From IMG/VR virus record IMGVR_UViG_3300044591_002613: DNA of 64,000 nt. One strand, 5' to 3'. A program made the position numbers and the translations under genes. Below, piece by piece: positions 18,301 through 27,335 of this stretch; position 1 is the first letter of the stretch; every line of letters begins with the position of its first letter. Source of the stretch: a virus. The notes under the pieces are model-generated. The model was not told the DNA's origin and did no database searches. It saw only the letters and a list, made by a program, of their open reading frames with translations.

Positions 18301-19354
18301 GGATGATTTAATTTCATTTTCAGATGCATTTGCAGTTGCAAATCGCGGTCGATTCAAAATAATTGCCCACAACGGTAAAAATGCTTTCATTATCAAAAAC
18401 GATGAAGCGGTTGAAGAAATTCTTTCTTTCAAAGAAGATGTTATTAATTCTGATAACACAATCGGAAATGTTAATTGGCAAGTTGGCCCAATCGGTGACG
18501 CAGATACAATAAATGCACAAGATAAACGCCATGTAAGAATATGGGATGCTGATTCTGTGTTTGAAAACGATTATTTGATTGTCAAAACTCCAAACGTAGG
18601 AACAACATCTTGGTTTGATACATCTTTAATTGGAAAATGGCCAATTACTAGAATTGGTATGAATAATGAATTTGATATTTTTGTTGAGGCAGACATTGTT
18701 AATGCAACAAGTGCTTCTAAACAAGTTGTTTTAGCAAACTCAAAAAATGCAATATCTTTTGAAGAAGCCACCCCTTATAAGGGTTATAGATGGGTTTCGG
18801 GTTATGCACACCACAACACCATTCAAACAGATGCAGAATTATATTTAATGCCTCAGGTTTTGGCATATAAATTAAGTCCAGCCTTTAACACACAAGTTAA
18901 ATGTTTGCATAAACTTAATTTTGATTCTTCAACAACCGTCGGTGTTGATGCATACAACTATTATTCTGAATTGATTGCAGAAGCCCACAAAGTGCTTGAT
19001 GGTTTGCCTTCTAATACAATTGCATACCCAGGTGTTAGAGCTGCTGGCACTTCGATTGAAGTCTTAGCACCGCTAATTAAGAGCATTCAAATTGGTATTT
19101 CTGTAGAATCCAGCGATGGTATTTCTTTGAATACAATTAAAAATCCAATTAAATCTTCAATTACAACGTATATCAACTCACTAGGTGTTGGTAAAGAAGT
19201 TGTAATTAGCCAAGTTGTAAAGCATATTCAAGAAGTGCCTGGTGTTAAAAGCGTTCAAATTACATACACTCTGCCATTAGCAAATGAGGGTGTTATTAAA
19301 GTTGGAAGTTTTGAAGTACCACGTATTTCTAAACCAGAGGATATCTTGCTGTGA
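12383..19354 (+). CDS. Giant baseplate J-like (T4 gp6 / P2 gpJ) wedge protein
   Basis: N-terminal TDVSEGSITSTILEAAA...LDEKA and GETGNV...EGDEALRLR...SLSRGT; C-terminal GVRAAGT.IEV...YINSLGVG.EV..S.V...I..VPGV; about 1,850 aa inserted between them. Confidence 0.88.
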   Translation: MAITVKSVQSILADMIRKLTANTDITDVSEGSITSTILEAAALQDYQNQIGVLKVLESSNLQTLVGSELDEKAIEAQTPNGVGGFGRFPAKRANGQVRISSPFTKKSTQVYIGKPTPYAGSIKVYLQDCTGWPSAGAFYLGRGSANEEGPIQYTSIENNNTFWTLNLNISTPLVNNHAYGETAILSQGGTRQISAGTVVVAPGSSGNVPVQYTVDGTFTLPDGEDTITVSVTCSSFGETGNVSVGAIKQFLTPPFTGAIVSNPSTITNGASAEGDEALRLRIANYIASLSRGTKQSISSSLQGLRDPVSGKTITSLNIVEPTNRIDSTKIYIDDGSGLEPSYRGQDFEQLLVNSSGQEIFLKTSNKPITPCIAVGVEPAPYALQDGMYLDIIIDGVPTRFEINQSEYTNLSSVSPSEIVRAFNSVILSGSSALGFRTANDGITFSVFDISGRAETLQILPSELQAILGLPTHEIRPIYVYKNNKLLSFKGLSAVVYSADFPWLSLTDLDLQNVRMTVDGVTQTFTIDNNDLLALGRTIASAQLSDWITVFKKKVAGVNVYQVGSKLAFASWQSLSPTGSIKIEPTTSTSAPATWIGVNKIFKSSDVLESVGATPDFEINRISGEIKLLNEPQLNDNVTVSSKFTRAEIQSKPAPSGLFSAGNTNLGTPRIIVGVDGEFELRTLGLTGASSLTPEILSPNSTVVRLHSSDTALYSSIQLGDYIYLNSDSSVANRLPGRTNSVMKVLKKGLCTRTVDQNFNLVPMEYSTTDINGDVTFTITTTEDHKFVVGQSFEITAASLAVGTSFLSSEIIGIHTVSAVDSSTVFKFKKQIAGVTSVFAPNTINFSVSKDTFIDIETSKIEREAFFGIFSSTQIESTLGTPTVKVILPNHGFLQLDSFQITGASALTQSIFPGLVFPVTAVVKASPAPTTDTFYIDLPVSAIASSVSGETTIDGLSPLTPASFDLTSGMLSAFKIDNAVPQIINIPVSDYQTADVLVSEINKQLIGATAYKLSPRQIAIRSNNFDQNKSTIAVLASISSATNIFSQMIADSIQPHIAAKKSGFIASGAPYITNTGDPTLPKDFYNTRGYLGFSITETEVLNDAANPAIVASANVIDYPKGLQEAFITGRNENIISRIYNNDSTSPFGGFARGEDTIPPLPQTIYGSNETESNLSLRLNDIPLTPVDRLVVQMDLDSTNKTTNIPMYKKALTEVVEPFGAGPGNQLIFTLKDPEDRLITNEPRPFFEPNSPFRSFDFTDFNILFKPTIIHTVYPSLPFGGNPSDALVIRSTQYGPVHDFRFNFSLPLQPNLSQIQFTHESFQEEDRTVLVINCTLCSGAAVLGTQYTGSYTITPSDYTSPTGAEIVKLTISALSINLSGAFLIGDILNIGGSQLYSGSFLIIETPDPDTIVVSAPGIRQTVYTPVSYISDYAPIQSFTLLQKTIQDVITKAGQYYTNNPVFTVEATPTTNTSSPIKFPTYHTHGNTVARTNLTTLTESNYYHSARAPFGCVAHIHTYSPIDNEIVALVQSDDSVLPESSKILNTGFSSVYSDQECVLIPASAKALEKWLKFTAISPLNIQAEISRVTDEKNIQLNSLNLGAAGAVKITGVTANTVTAKAKNAASKQGTSVKVRTDFPLAQSFARGSFVEVYNSITAPIYRAYRTQPSALPVDSKITATNSPDIETWFKISTVVSYTRPSPNKGRFVFRKSLSGIIGDETVQITKPTSSIAKIAITAGTGTFNTKVGDMLILRGSKNVSSPYPINYTSLFGASNQCVTPAEDLTDQYIGYPVVHIEDEKIIYVIGPNIVPETVSARKTTDSNTMSAIYQNTGSFTGSVKIGPLVNISNFYVGDTVTISGFLNDSNNTRSRIIGKDASNIYVTTARLNSTNDETNRDGIGVIRETTEFMFVPMLKNEKNIKTNYKAGAPKDLSSWKLSSNESVYYRIKPLGNGFVYVDFAFDSHDDMQLHDLSVSSDDLISFSDAFAVANRGRFKIIAHNGKNAFIIKNDEAVEEILSFKEDVINSDNTIGNVNWQVGPIGDADTINAQDKRHVRIWDADSVFENDYLIVKTPNVGTTSWFDTSLIGKWPITRIGMNNEFDIFVEADIVNATSASKQVVLANSKNAISFEEATPYKGYRWVSGYAHHNTIQTDAELYLMPQVLAYKLSPAFNTQVKCLHKLNFDSSTTVGVDAYNYYSELIAEAHKVLDGLPSNTIAYPGVRAAGTSIEVLAPLIKSIQIGISVESSDGISLNTIKNPIKSSITTYINSLGVGKEVVISQVVKHIQEVPGVKSVQITYTLPLANEGVIKVGSFEVPRISKPEDILL

Positions 19355-22300
19355 GTTCTCTTTTTGATTTTTTGCCAGATTCTTTTCTTAAAGAAGAGCA
19401 AATAGTTCTAAAAGGCTTACTAGAAGCTATTGCTACTGGTGATACTTTTGTTATTGAATTATTATCTCAAGCTAGAAGGCAGTTATTTTTAACCACTGCC
19501 GAAGGCGGATTTTTAACTAATCTAGCCAATAGATATAATTTTTCCGTACCACCTAATTCAGGTTTAGACCAAAACTCTTTTCGGCAATTAGCACTTCCAG
19601 CTATCTTTGCACCTAAACAATCAATTCCTACATTTAATAAAATAATTGAAGTATTTTATGGCACAGCAGTTCTTCATCCGGTTGTATCAAGTACAGTATC
19701 TGAGCCGTTTAGTCTTCAAGATCGCGATACATTAATAATTGAAACTGAATCTGGTATTTTCAGTGTTTTATTTTTAGCAGAGCGTTTTCCCGATATAACA
19801 AATCTTTCGGCATCTCAAATTGCTAGTACAATAAATGCTCAAGTTCCAGAGCTATATGCGGATATTGTCACTGATAAAAATACTCGCCGCAGTAGTGTGC
19901 GTGTTGTAAGTAAAGAGTTTGGAATTGCCGCAAAGATCAGAGTAGTCGGTGGCGCAGTACAGAATAAACTCAAGTTTCAGGGTTATAAAGATTCTTGTAA
20001 TTTAGCCGGAACTGAATGGAATATATCCCATTTTTCTGATGCCATATATTCTAAGACAATTAGGTTTACTTGGGTTGGTGGGCCAAATCCTAATCTAGCA
20101 ACAGTTAATGTTGGTGATTTTATATCCATCTATAACTTGCAAGACACTTCAACAGTTTTGTTTTCAAAACTAAACGGAACGTTTGAAATTGTAGACTGCG
20201 GTTATGATTATTTTGAAATAAACTCTTTCGAGTTTCCTTATACTAATATTCTTTGGACGCAAGAATCGAGTAATAATTTTGCGATTACTAGCCAAGATTT
20301 TAAAACAATATTTACTAACGATCAGTATGCATATATCACTGAAGCTACTGCCGGCACAGTAGATATTAGTATTCCGGTAATTCCACCAATTATCAGAAAA
20401 AACCAAGAAGGTGTTTCTCGATTTAGAAACCAATCAATTCAATTACTTGACATTGAATCAAATAAACTTATTATTCCATATCCAAACTCATTGCCAGAAT
20501 CTGGAGTAATTGCATTTGAGTCGGCAAAATTTTTGAACGGATTCATTGAAAAATATTATTATTATACAAACAAAGAACAACCATCAGGAAGTACGCAGGC
20601 GTTATCTATAGATAGTTCTATACAAAACAGTACTCCCTTTTTGTCCCCAGTTGAATGTCAAATTGCATTCGAAGCTTTAGAAATGACTAACCCAATCGGC
20701 GGATTAGTAGATAATTCTGAGTTATTTATACATACGCCCGAATTGCGACACAATTTAGAAAATATTGAAGAAGTTGTTTTTCAAGATGTAAACCTTGATC
20801 AACCAGTTTTTAAACATAAAACTATAAAAAATATTAGAATTGCACCAAATGCAGACGAAGTTTCATTTGAAAATGGTATGGAAACGCAACTTCTTTATGT
20901 GCAATTTGCAGATGAAACTACCAATGAAAAATATTACTTTAACTATGAACCAGATCCCGAAGACGCAGATAATAGTACTATTTTAAAATGCATTCCAATG
21001 CCTGATGAAAGATTCGTCCGAGCAATTATGTGCTCTATGAATCCAGCAGTCACGCCCGGTGAAGTCACATTATCAATTGGGCCCAACTCATTTCCTAATA
21101 TAGACACACAGACTACTTATACACATAATTTCAACACGCCATATACATCTTTTATGATGTCAGATGCAGATACTAACTCTAATCTCCATGGCGTTAGAAT
21201 TGTTGATAATGTTAATAATGTGAAATTTATTTCTGCGCCACATCAATCTTTAACAAACGTTAATACATATGTTTTGGATTATCAAAATGTATTTCCAAAT
21301 TTCACAAGAGCCGTTGCAATAAACGTTCTTTTACCAGCTTCTCCCGCTGGTGAAAATAGTATTACCGTTATTCACAACTTATTCTCAACAAACCTTATCA
21401 CTGAGATTAGAATTAGACCAACTCCAGCAAACACCATGGGCCTTTTGCCTAATTCTATATTTGAGGGTCCACGCATATTTTTCACAGATATTGGTGGAAT
21501 TCAAAGCGATACTCAATTTCAATTGAAATATATGAACACCGTCGAAGATTTACGTGTAGACATTTTTTTAATGGCTAGTTACTTCAACCCGGTTGAATCT
21601 GTTAACGGAAAACTTTTAAGGTCAGATATTGATAAAGCTCATAAAATTAAACGAATTGTTAATCAGGAAAGATTTATTTTTGAAATTCTAGGAACTGGAC
21701 CCGCACCATATGGTTCTGGAACCATTACAACTATTGGTAAAAACGTGACGGGGGTTGGCACTCAATTTCTAACACAAGTTCAACCCGGAGATTTATTAGT
21801 CCTGGCAACAGGTCAGAATCGCGAAGTGGCCTCGATTATTTCTAATACAAAACTCCGTCTTAGAAGTGGTTTTTATCCAAGTATTTCCACGCCAACAATT
21901 TATAAAGTGGCATCCCCCTCAGCAAACGATGCACCTCTTGGCGCTCCCATCAAATATGATGGCGCATGGATTTACGGATTTAATGTAATATTTAGGCCCG
22001 ATTCAACGCGTAGAACTGATATTGCCTTTGAGTTTCCGGATCGAATTTCTCGCGGATATGCTAATTTCCAAGAAGGCTCAATTGTTAAGTTATTAGATTT
22101 TGGTTTTATACCAACATCTCGGTATGGCATTGCCACATATTTGAAAACAATTTATCTACAGGTTCACAGCCAGGAAGGTAAATATGTTTATTTTAGGTCT
22201 AATATTGGTATTCCATTAGATTATAATCCTCTTGATCCAAACACTTGGCTCATTATTCGTGATGGTAAATGCAAGCGATCTGGAGAATTTGGCGGAACAG

Positions 22301-22899
22301 AATTTAAATATTATATGCAAAAACCTCTTTCCGAATGGAACAGAGAAACATTTTTCAAAAATGCAAAACTGTATTTAGTTTCTGCAAATGTTCCTGAAAA
22401 CGAATATATTGTAGGATCATATTTGTATGATCCAGTCGGCACATATTCTCCCTATGTCATTTCAGATAAATTTTGTCGACTTGAACAACCTATTGTGGCG
22501 TTTGAATCCCCTGGAATTGTTCTTATTGACGGAATAGACAGCCTCCCTTCTTCGGGTTTCGTAATGATTAATTACGGAAACTCACGGCAAGAAGGCCCTA
22601 TAAAATATGATCTAGTTATTGATGGAAACCCGGCTCAATTAAAAATTGACCCCGCCTATGTTTTCAAACAATCACATGAAAATAATTCAGTTGTTCGCGT
22701 AATTAGTCAAACATCACCGCCCACTATTGGAATTGCAGGAAAAGAATATCCTGTGTATATTACAGGTGCAACTCAAGTGCGTGTGACTCTTCAAAAGACT
22801 CTAGAGCAGCTTGTAAGTGTTGGAGTAAAATTAAATATACAGGTCCAATTGCCAGATCTAAAATATGATGATCCAGGAATTGCGCCGTTTCAAGCATAG
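19351..22899 (+). CDS. Baseplate wedge subunit (P2 gpI / T4 gp7-like), large
   Basis: N-terminal QLFLTTAEGGFLTNLA...DQNSFRQ; C-terminal LEQLVSVGV; follows baseplate J with a GTGA overlap. Confidence 0.7.
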   Translation: MSSLFDFLPDSFLKEEQIVLKGLLEAIATGDTFVIELLSQARRQLFLTTAEGGFLTNLANRYNFSVPPNSGLDQNSFRQLALPAIFAPKQSIPTFNKIIEVFYGTAVLHPVVSSTVSEPFSLQDRDTLIIETESGIFSVLFLAERFPDITNLSASQIASTINAQVPELYADIVTDKNTRRSSVRVVSKEFGIAAKIRVVGGAVQNKLKFQGYKDSCNLAGTEWNISHFSDAIYSKTIRFTWVGGPNPNLATVNVGDFISIYNLQDTSTVLFSKLNGTFEIVDCGYDYFEINSFEFPYTNILWTQESSNNFAITSQDFKTIFTNDQYAYITEATAGTVDISIPVIPPIIRKNQEGVSRFRNQSIQLLDIESNKLIIPYPNSLPESGVIAFESAKFLNGFIEKYYYYTNKEQPSGSTQALSIDSSIQNSTPFLSPVECQIAFEALEMTNPIGGLVDNSELFIHTPELRHNLENIEEVVFQDVNLDQPVFKHKTIKNIRIAPNADEVSFENGMETQLLYVQFADETTNEKYYFNYEPDPEDADNSTILKCIPMPDERFVRAIMCSMNPAVTPGEVTLSIGPNSFPNIDTQTTYTHNFNTPYTSFMMSDADTNSNLHGVRIVDNVNNVKFISAPHQSLTNVNTYVLDYQNVFPNFTRAVAINVLLPASPAGENSITVIHNLFSTNLITEIRIRPTPANTMGLLPNSIFEGPRIFFTDIGGIQSDTQFQLKYMNTVEDLRVDIFLMASYFNPVESVNGKLLRSDIDKAHKIKRIVNQERFIFEILGTGPAPYGSGTITTIGKNVTGVGTQFLTQVQPGDLLVLATGQNREVASIISNTKLRLRSGFYPSISTPTIYKVASPSANDAPLGAPIKYDGAWIYGFNVIFRPDSTRRTDIAFEFPDRISRGYANFQEGSIVKLLDFGFIPTSRYGIATYLKTIYLQVHSQEGKYVYFRSNIGIPLDYNPLDPNTWLIIRDGKCKRSGEFGGTEFKYYMQKPLSEWNRETFFKNAKLYLVSANVPENEYIVGSYLYDPVGTYSPYVISDKFCRLEQPIVAFESPGIVLIDGIDSLPSSGFVMINYGNSRQEGPIKYDLVIDGNPAQLKIDPAYVFKQSHENNSVVRVISQTSPPTIGIAGKEYPVYITGATQVRVTLQKTLEQLVSVGVKLNIQVQLPDLKYDDPGIAPFQA

Positions 22900-22909
22900 G
22901 TGATAAATA

Positions 22910-25192
22910 ATGGCAATTTTGAGTAGAGTAAATTATCTTTCTCAACAAAGATTAGATTTGCAACATGTTATTGCCACAGATTCATTTAACGCGTTTGATT
23001 TACGTGCATTTTCGTATATCTTAAATGGTCTTGAAAAAAACTACGTTGTTCGTGGGCTAGAAATCACAGCTTTGAACGGCTTTACTGTAACCGTAAAAGT
23101 TGCTAATTCTATTATACTTTTTCCTTTGGATAATGAAGCCTCTTTTTATTATGGCCTTGCCGATGCGTCTGACGAAATTATTAATGTTCCGCCCAGTACA
23201 GAAAAGGTTTTCTTGGAGGCATTTCTAGAAAGGGTTACAGAAACACCCGTAACTGCTGCGTTTTTTGACCCCAGCAACACAAACGATCAAAACCCAGCCG
23301 GTCAAGAATTTAATGCATCGGTTGATTTTCAGTCTATTGTAAAGTTGCAACTGAGATATAATACTGAAGGTTTTTCAGTAGATGCAATCCCTCTTGCAGT
23401 TTTAAGAACTGGCAGTGCTGGTGTTATTGATATTTCAGATGCCCGAGATTTGTTTTTTAGATTGGGTTCTGGTGGAGCGCTCCCAAGTCCATATAAAAAA
23501 TATGCATGGTCTACCAGTCGAGTAGAAAATGCACTTCCGGCTCAATCGATTTATTTGAATCAATTTACGCCACAAAACCCATATTATACGCAAGACGCAA
23601 ATGGTATTATTAACGACAAGGCTCTAACTAATCTTAAAGATTGGATGGATGCTACGATGACTATTATTGCAGAAATGAAAGGTTCTGCGAGTTGGTATAC
23701 ACCGATTGCTGGAAAAACAATTCCAAACCTTTTGTTCTTAAACCCTAACGCCACATCTTTTGTGCCATCAATCGATGGCCGTACTTTATCATGGACGGGA
23801 ACTCAACTAAAAAGCAGTTCTTTAAGCGGTTCATCAAACCCTCTTAGTCTCGCTATGAACTACGGCCCAGTAAAATGGGAAGTCGGTGGTGCGTTTGTAA
23901 ATGCTTTTACAAACCGCGCATTCACTAATACAGATTTTACTGCATCTATTCCAGATAATGCTGCATTCTTTTTAAAGCTAGAACGTGAAAAAATTCCAGT
24001 AGATTCTAGCGGAAACAGTGTTAAGTGGGGCGTAGAAACTCTTCTTATTCCCACACCCCCGCTCCAAGAGTATACTGTCTCTGGCCAAGAAGGTGATTTT
24101 ACTGGCGTGGCTATTGGTGATTATATTCGCAAGCTTGGTGAAGATTATTATCAATATAACCGAGTTGTTGGTTTGGTTGAAGGGGGAATCGTTTACAGCA
24201 CTACCGGTCGTGTAGCCACAGCAATCACGACTGCGCTAATTGTAGAATACCCGATTGACACACCAACGACCGAACCGTTTAGGTGGTTTAAGTCTAGATA
24301 CCAGCTGTCTGACTTGTTTGTTACGTCAGACGCTCAGGGTTTAAAAGTACAAAGTGTAGATGTTTCTCCACTTATTCTTCCGGTTGATGATATTAACTTG
24401 TATTTCCTTGGTCGCCGCAAAGGCGATCTATTTCAATTGCGCAATTATGGCGTAATGCAACCAGGGGAAGAAGTTCCGTTAATGGAAGATGCTGATTCTT
24501 CTCCCATCCGTAGTATTCCTAATTTATTCCTTAAATTAGATTACGGCATTCAAATAGATGGAACTGGAGCGTTGTCTTCACTGAACACTGACGTTTTGAC
24601 TATTCAAAAACGACGCACGTCTAATTTAGTAGAAGTCGGTTTAAATAATGCGGACGCATGGCAAACATTCAATATTTCTTCAGCAACATTATCATTTGCA
24701 AACGATGGCGATGGGTTGTGGGTTAGATTAGATGATTCAACTACTTCTACTCCAGCTACTCTCACATCTGGTGTAGTAGATTTTTACAAGCCCGGTGCCG
24801 CTGATAATACTTACGAAATTATTCCAGCGTCTAAAAATCCACGCCGAGACCTCCGTAATAAAAACGTTATGTTGATTGCCAGAAGAGCAACAATTAATGG
24901 AGTCGTTAGCCTCCAGTTTTTTGATGGTTCTGTAGTTCAAATCGAAGGACTTGCTTTACAGCGTGATTTAACTAAAATTATTACAGGCGTAACAACTAGC
25001 ACGTCAACAACTACATCTGTGAATCATGGATTTTTAAGAACAACGACTGATTTTATGTGGAATGCGCGAATTGCATCAACGGGACAAAATGTGTGGATTG
25101 GTGGAACACAATCCAACACTGGTGTGACTTTGGACTCAACCCCAGATGCTGCTCAGTCATTAACTATAATGTTTACAAGACATTTAAGGTGA
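22910..25192 (+). CDS. Baseplate / fibre-attachment structural protein
   Basis: 760 aa beta-rich; N-terminal RVNYLSQQRLDL...YVVRGLEI typical of myovirus baseplate-peripheral proteins; position in the operon. Confidence 0.6.
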   Translation: MAILSRVNYLSQQRLDLQHVIATDSFNAFDLRAFSYILNGLEKNYVVRGLEITALNGFTVTVKVANSIILFPLDNEASFYYGLADASDEIINVPPSTEKVFLEAFLERVTETPVTAAFFDPSNTNDQNPAGQEFNASVDFQSIVKLQLRYNTEGFSVDAIPLAVLRTGSAGVIDISDARDLFFRLGSGGALPSPYKKYAWSTSRVENALPAQSIYLNQFTPQNPYYTQDANGIINDKALTNLKDWMDATMTIIAEMKGSASWYTPIAGKTIPNLLFLNPNATSFVPSIDGRTLSWTGTQLKSSSLSGSSNPLSLAMNYGPVKWEVGGAFVNAFTNRAFTNTDFTASIPDNAAFFLKLEREKIPVDSSGNSVKWGVETLLIPTPPLQEYTVSGQEGDFTGVAIGDYIRKLGEDYYQYNRVVGLVEGGIVYSTTGRVATAITTALIVEYPIDTPTTEPFRWFKSRYQLSDLFVTSDAQGLKVQSVDVSPLILPVDDINLYFLGRRKGDLFQLRNYGVMQPGEEVPLMEDADSSPIRSIPNLFLKLDYGIQIDGTGALSSLNTDVLTIQKRRTSNLVEVGLNNADAWQTFNISSATLSFANDGDGLWVRLDDSTTSTPATLTSGVVDFYKPGAADNTYEIIPASKNPRRDLRNKNVMLIARRATINGVVSLQFFDGSVVQIEGLALQRDLTKIITGVTTSTSTTTSVNHGFLRTTTDFMWNARIASTGQNVWIGGTQSNTGVTLDSTPDAAQSLTIMFTRHLR

Positions 25193-25196
25193 AAAC

Positions 25197-26744
25197 ATGA
25201 GAATTGTAAGCAGAGTAGGCATAGGGAAAAACCCGACCAGCCATCATTTAGATGTTACTGGTTCATCTAATTTTGATTCACAAGTATTTTTTCAAAGTAC
25301 AGCATTTTTTAATGCCAATATCGAGTTAGGCGATACGACTGCAGATCTAATTTCTATGAATGGTCGTATCGATACAAATGTTGAGCCGTCTACAACTCTT
25401 GCTAGGAATCTAGGTTCTTCTTCATTATTTTGGAATAATTCATATACACAAAATTTAATTATTAAGAATGCAGGTTCTATTGAATCTGATGGCGATATTG
25501 TAAATATCGGAACGGTTTCTGCTTCTACAATCAATATTGGTAAAGTTGGCGCAACTGTTAATTTTTACGGAACTGTAAATAAAATCCAGTCAACCGACAC
25601 CGAAGTTTTTGATAAACTGGTAACTTTAAATAAAAACGGTCTAACCGCTTCTGCATTTGGTTCGGGAATTGAAATTGAAGAAAATGCCTCAATTACTGGA
25701 TATATTAAAACATCTGCAGATCGAAACGCATGGCTCTTAAAATCCCCAAATAAATCAGGGATTATTTCTCTAGAACCCGGATCTTCTGCCTTTACCCATA
25801 AAATTCTTTCTCAGGCTTCTGCAGATAGAACCTGGACGCTACCAGATAACACAGACACATTCGTCGGTACTACAAATGCACAAACCGTTGATAATAAAAC
25901 ATTAAATAATACAACTACTACAGGAGCGTTTGTTGCTAACGGCACTGTAACTACGAATGGAACAGTTACCACTAATGGAGATGTAACAGTTAACGGTTCA
26001 ATAACCATTAACGGAACTGCTATTGGCGTGGGTTTTGTTCCGCTAGGTGCGGTAATTGGTACCGTTCCTGCTCTGACTGGCGCTTATTCTTGCACCGCTA
26101 CAACAGCAGCTGATGCTTTTGGATACGTAAGATGTAATGGCCAAGTTATTGCAGACGTAACGAGCCCATTAAATGGTCGTACTATTCCGAATATTAATAA
26201 TGATGTTTATTTAAAAGGTAATACTACTTCTAATGTGGCAGGAGGCAGTAATAGCCACTCCCACACTGTAAATGGCCATACACACACAATTCCAGGCCAT
26301 TTCCATTGGTGGGGCAGCCATTGGTCTAATGATAACTCAAATGATGTTTATAATGACAATGGCGATGGTGGCGGTAATACATATAACGATTCCTACGGTT
26401 ACGGCACTAGAACAAATGACGCTGGCTGGCATAATCATGGAACTGAAAACGTAGCACCAACGGGTTTCCCTAATGAGTCGGGAGACCGAACCGGTAATTA
26501 TTATTACATTTATGGCGACCGAGACCCCCCTTCATCTCGTGATTTTGGAATTGATGGTAACGGTAACCATTGGCATCATGTTCAAAACCATCGCCACTGG
26601 ATCAAAGCAAGGCCAACCCATCGGGTTAATGCTAATATAGATGGTCGATATGATTTTACTTCGGGAAGTACGGGGCCGGGAACTAACTCTGTTTCTTCTG
26701 AGCCAAAATATATTACCACTTTGTATATTATGAGGGTTAAGTGA
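25197..26744 (+). CDS. Tail fibre with C-terminal tail-collar domain and HxH metal-binding needle
   Basis: VPLGAVI...GYVRCNGQ...IPNIN collar; about six HxH motifs; ends EPKYITTLYIMRVK. Confidence 0.82.
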   Translation: MRIVSRVGIGKNPTSHHLDVTGSSNFDSQVFFQSTAFFNANIELGDTTADLISMNGRIDTNVEPSTTLARNLGSSSLFWNNSYTQNLIIKNAGSIESDGDIVNIGTVSASTINIGKVGATVNFYGTVNKIQSTDTEVFDKLVTLNKNGLTASAFGSGIEIEENASITGYIKTSADRNAWLLKSPNKSGIISLEPGSSAFTHKILSQASADRTWTLPDNTDTFVGTTNAQTVDNKTLNNTTTTGAFVANGTVTTNGTVTTNGDVTVNGSITINGTAIGVGFVPLGAVIGTVPALTGAYSCTATTAADAFGYVRCNGQVIADVTSPLNGRTIPNINNDVYLKGNTTSNVAGGSNSHSHTVNGHTHTIPGHFHWWGSHWSNDNSNDVYNDNGDGGGNTYNDSYGYGTRTNDAGWHNHGTENVAPTGFPNESGDRTGNYYYIYGDRDPPSSRDFGIDGNGNHWHHVQNHRHWIKARPTHRVNANIDGRYDFTSGSTGPGTNSVSSEPKYITTLYIMRVK

Positions 26745-26977
26745 AATATACATTCAAGTATCGTAAAAATTTTTTTTGGAAAAAATTTATAGCAGTTGGG
26801 CATAAATATGATCCAGATCAAGACAAAATGATTGTATATTTTGAAGATGGTGGTTTTCAAGAAATTTGTGAATGGAAAAAATGTGAGTTAAAGTTAGGAC
26901 AAGACTGGGTTTTATATAGAAAAAAAATTATGGAAAAAGAAGCCGGTGTTGATGTTAAACTTAACATAGGTGGTTGA
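26741..26977 (+). CDS. Hypothetical protein
   Basis: 78-aa ORF with GTG start overlapping the previous stop. Confidence 0.65.
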   Translation: MKYTFKYRKNFFWKKFIAVGHKYDPDQDKMIVYFEDGGFQEICEWKKCELKLGQDWVLYRKKIMEKEAGVDVKLNIGG

Positions 26978-27314
26978 AAAAAGTATGGTGCGGTTAAAAT
27001 TAAAACCAATGGATGCAATGTATGATCGTCACGGCAATGTTGTCGTCGATCCATTGACAGGTTTGCCTCAAATCGTTACAGAAGAAATAGATATTTTAAT
27101 TGACGATGAAGTCGCGGCAAGTACAATTGCCTATATTGAACAAGTGCGAAAATATCGTGTTTCTCTTAACCCCCCTGTGCCTCTAGATGATTCAAAAGCA
27201 AGACTTTTACAGCAACAGCAGGAAGAAGAAAAACAGAATTTAATCAAACTAGAACAAGAGCGAAAAAAACAGCGATCTGTAGAATTTGAGAAAAATAAAC
27301 ATAAAGAAAAATAA
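26970..27314 (+). CDS. Putative fibre assembly chaperone-like protein (related to 46916..47533)
   Basis: Beta-hairpin N-terminus plus Q/E/K coiled coil; follows a collar fibre gene; start may be 26985. Confidence 0.45.
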   Translation: MVEKSMVRLKLKPMDAMYDRHGNVVVDPLTGLPQIVTEEIDILIDDEVAASTIAYIEQVRKYRVSLNPPVPLDDSKARLLQQQQEEEKQNLIKLEQERKKQRSVEFEKNKHKEK

Positions 27315-27335
27315 TACTTTTAAAATGGACTAATT

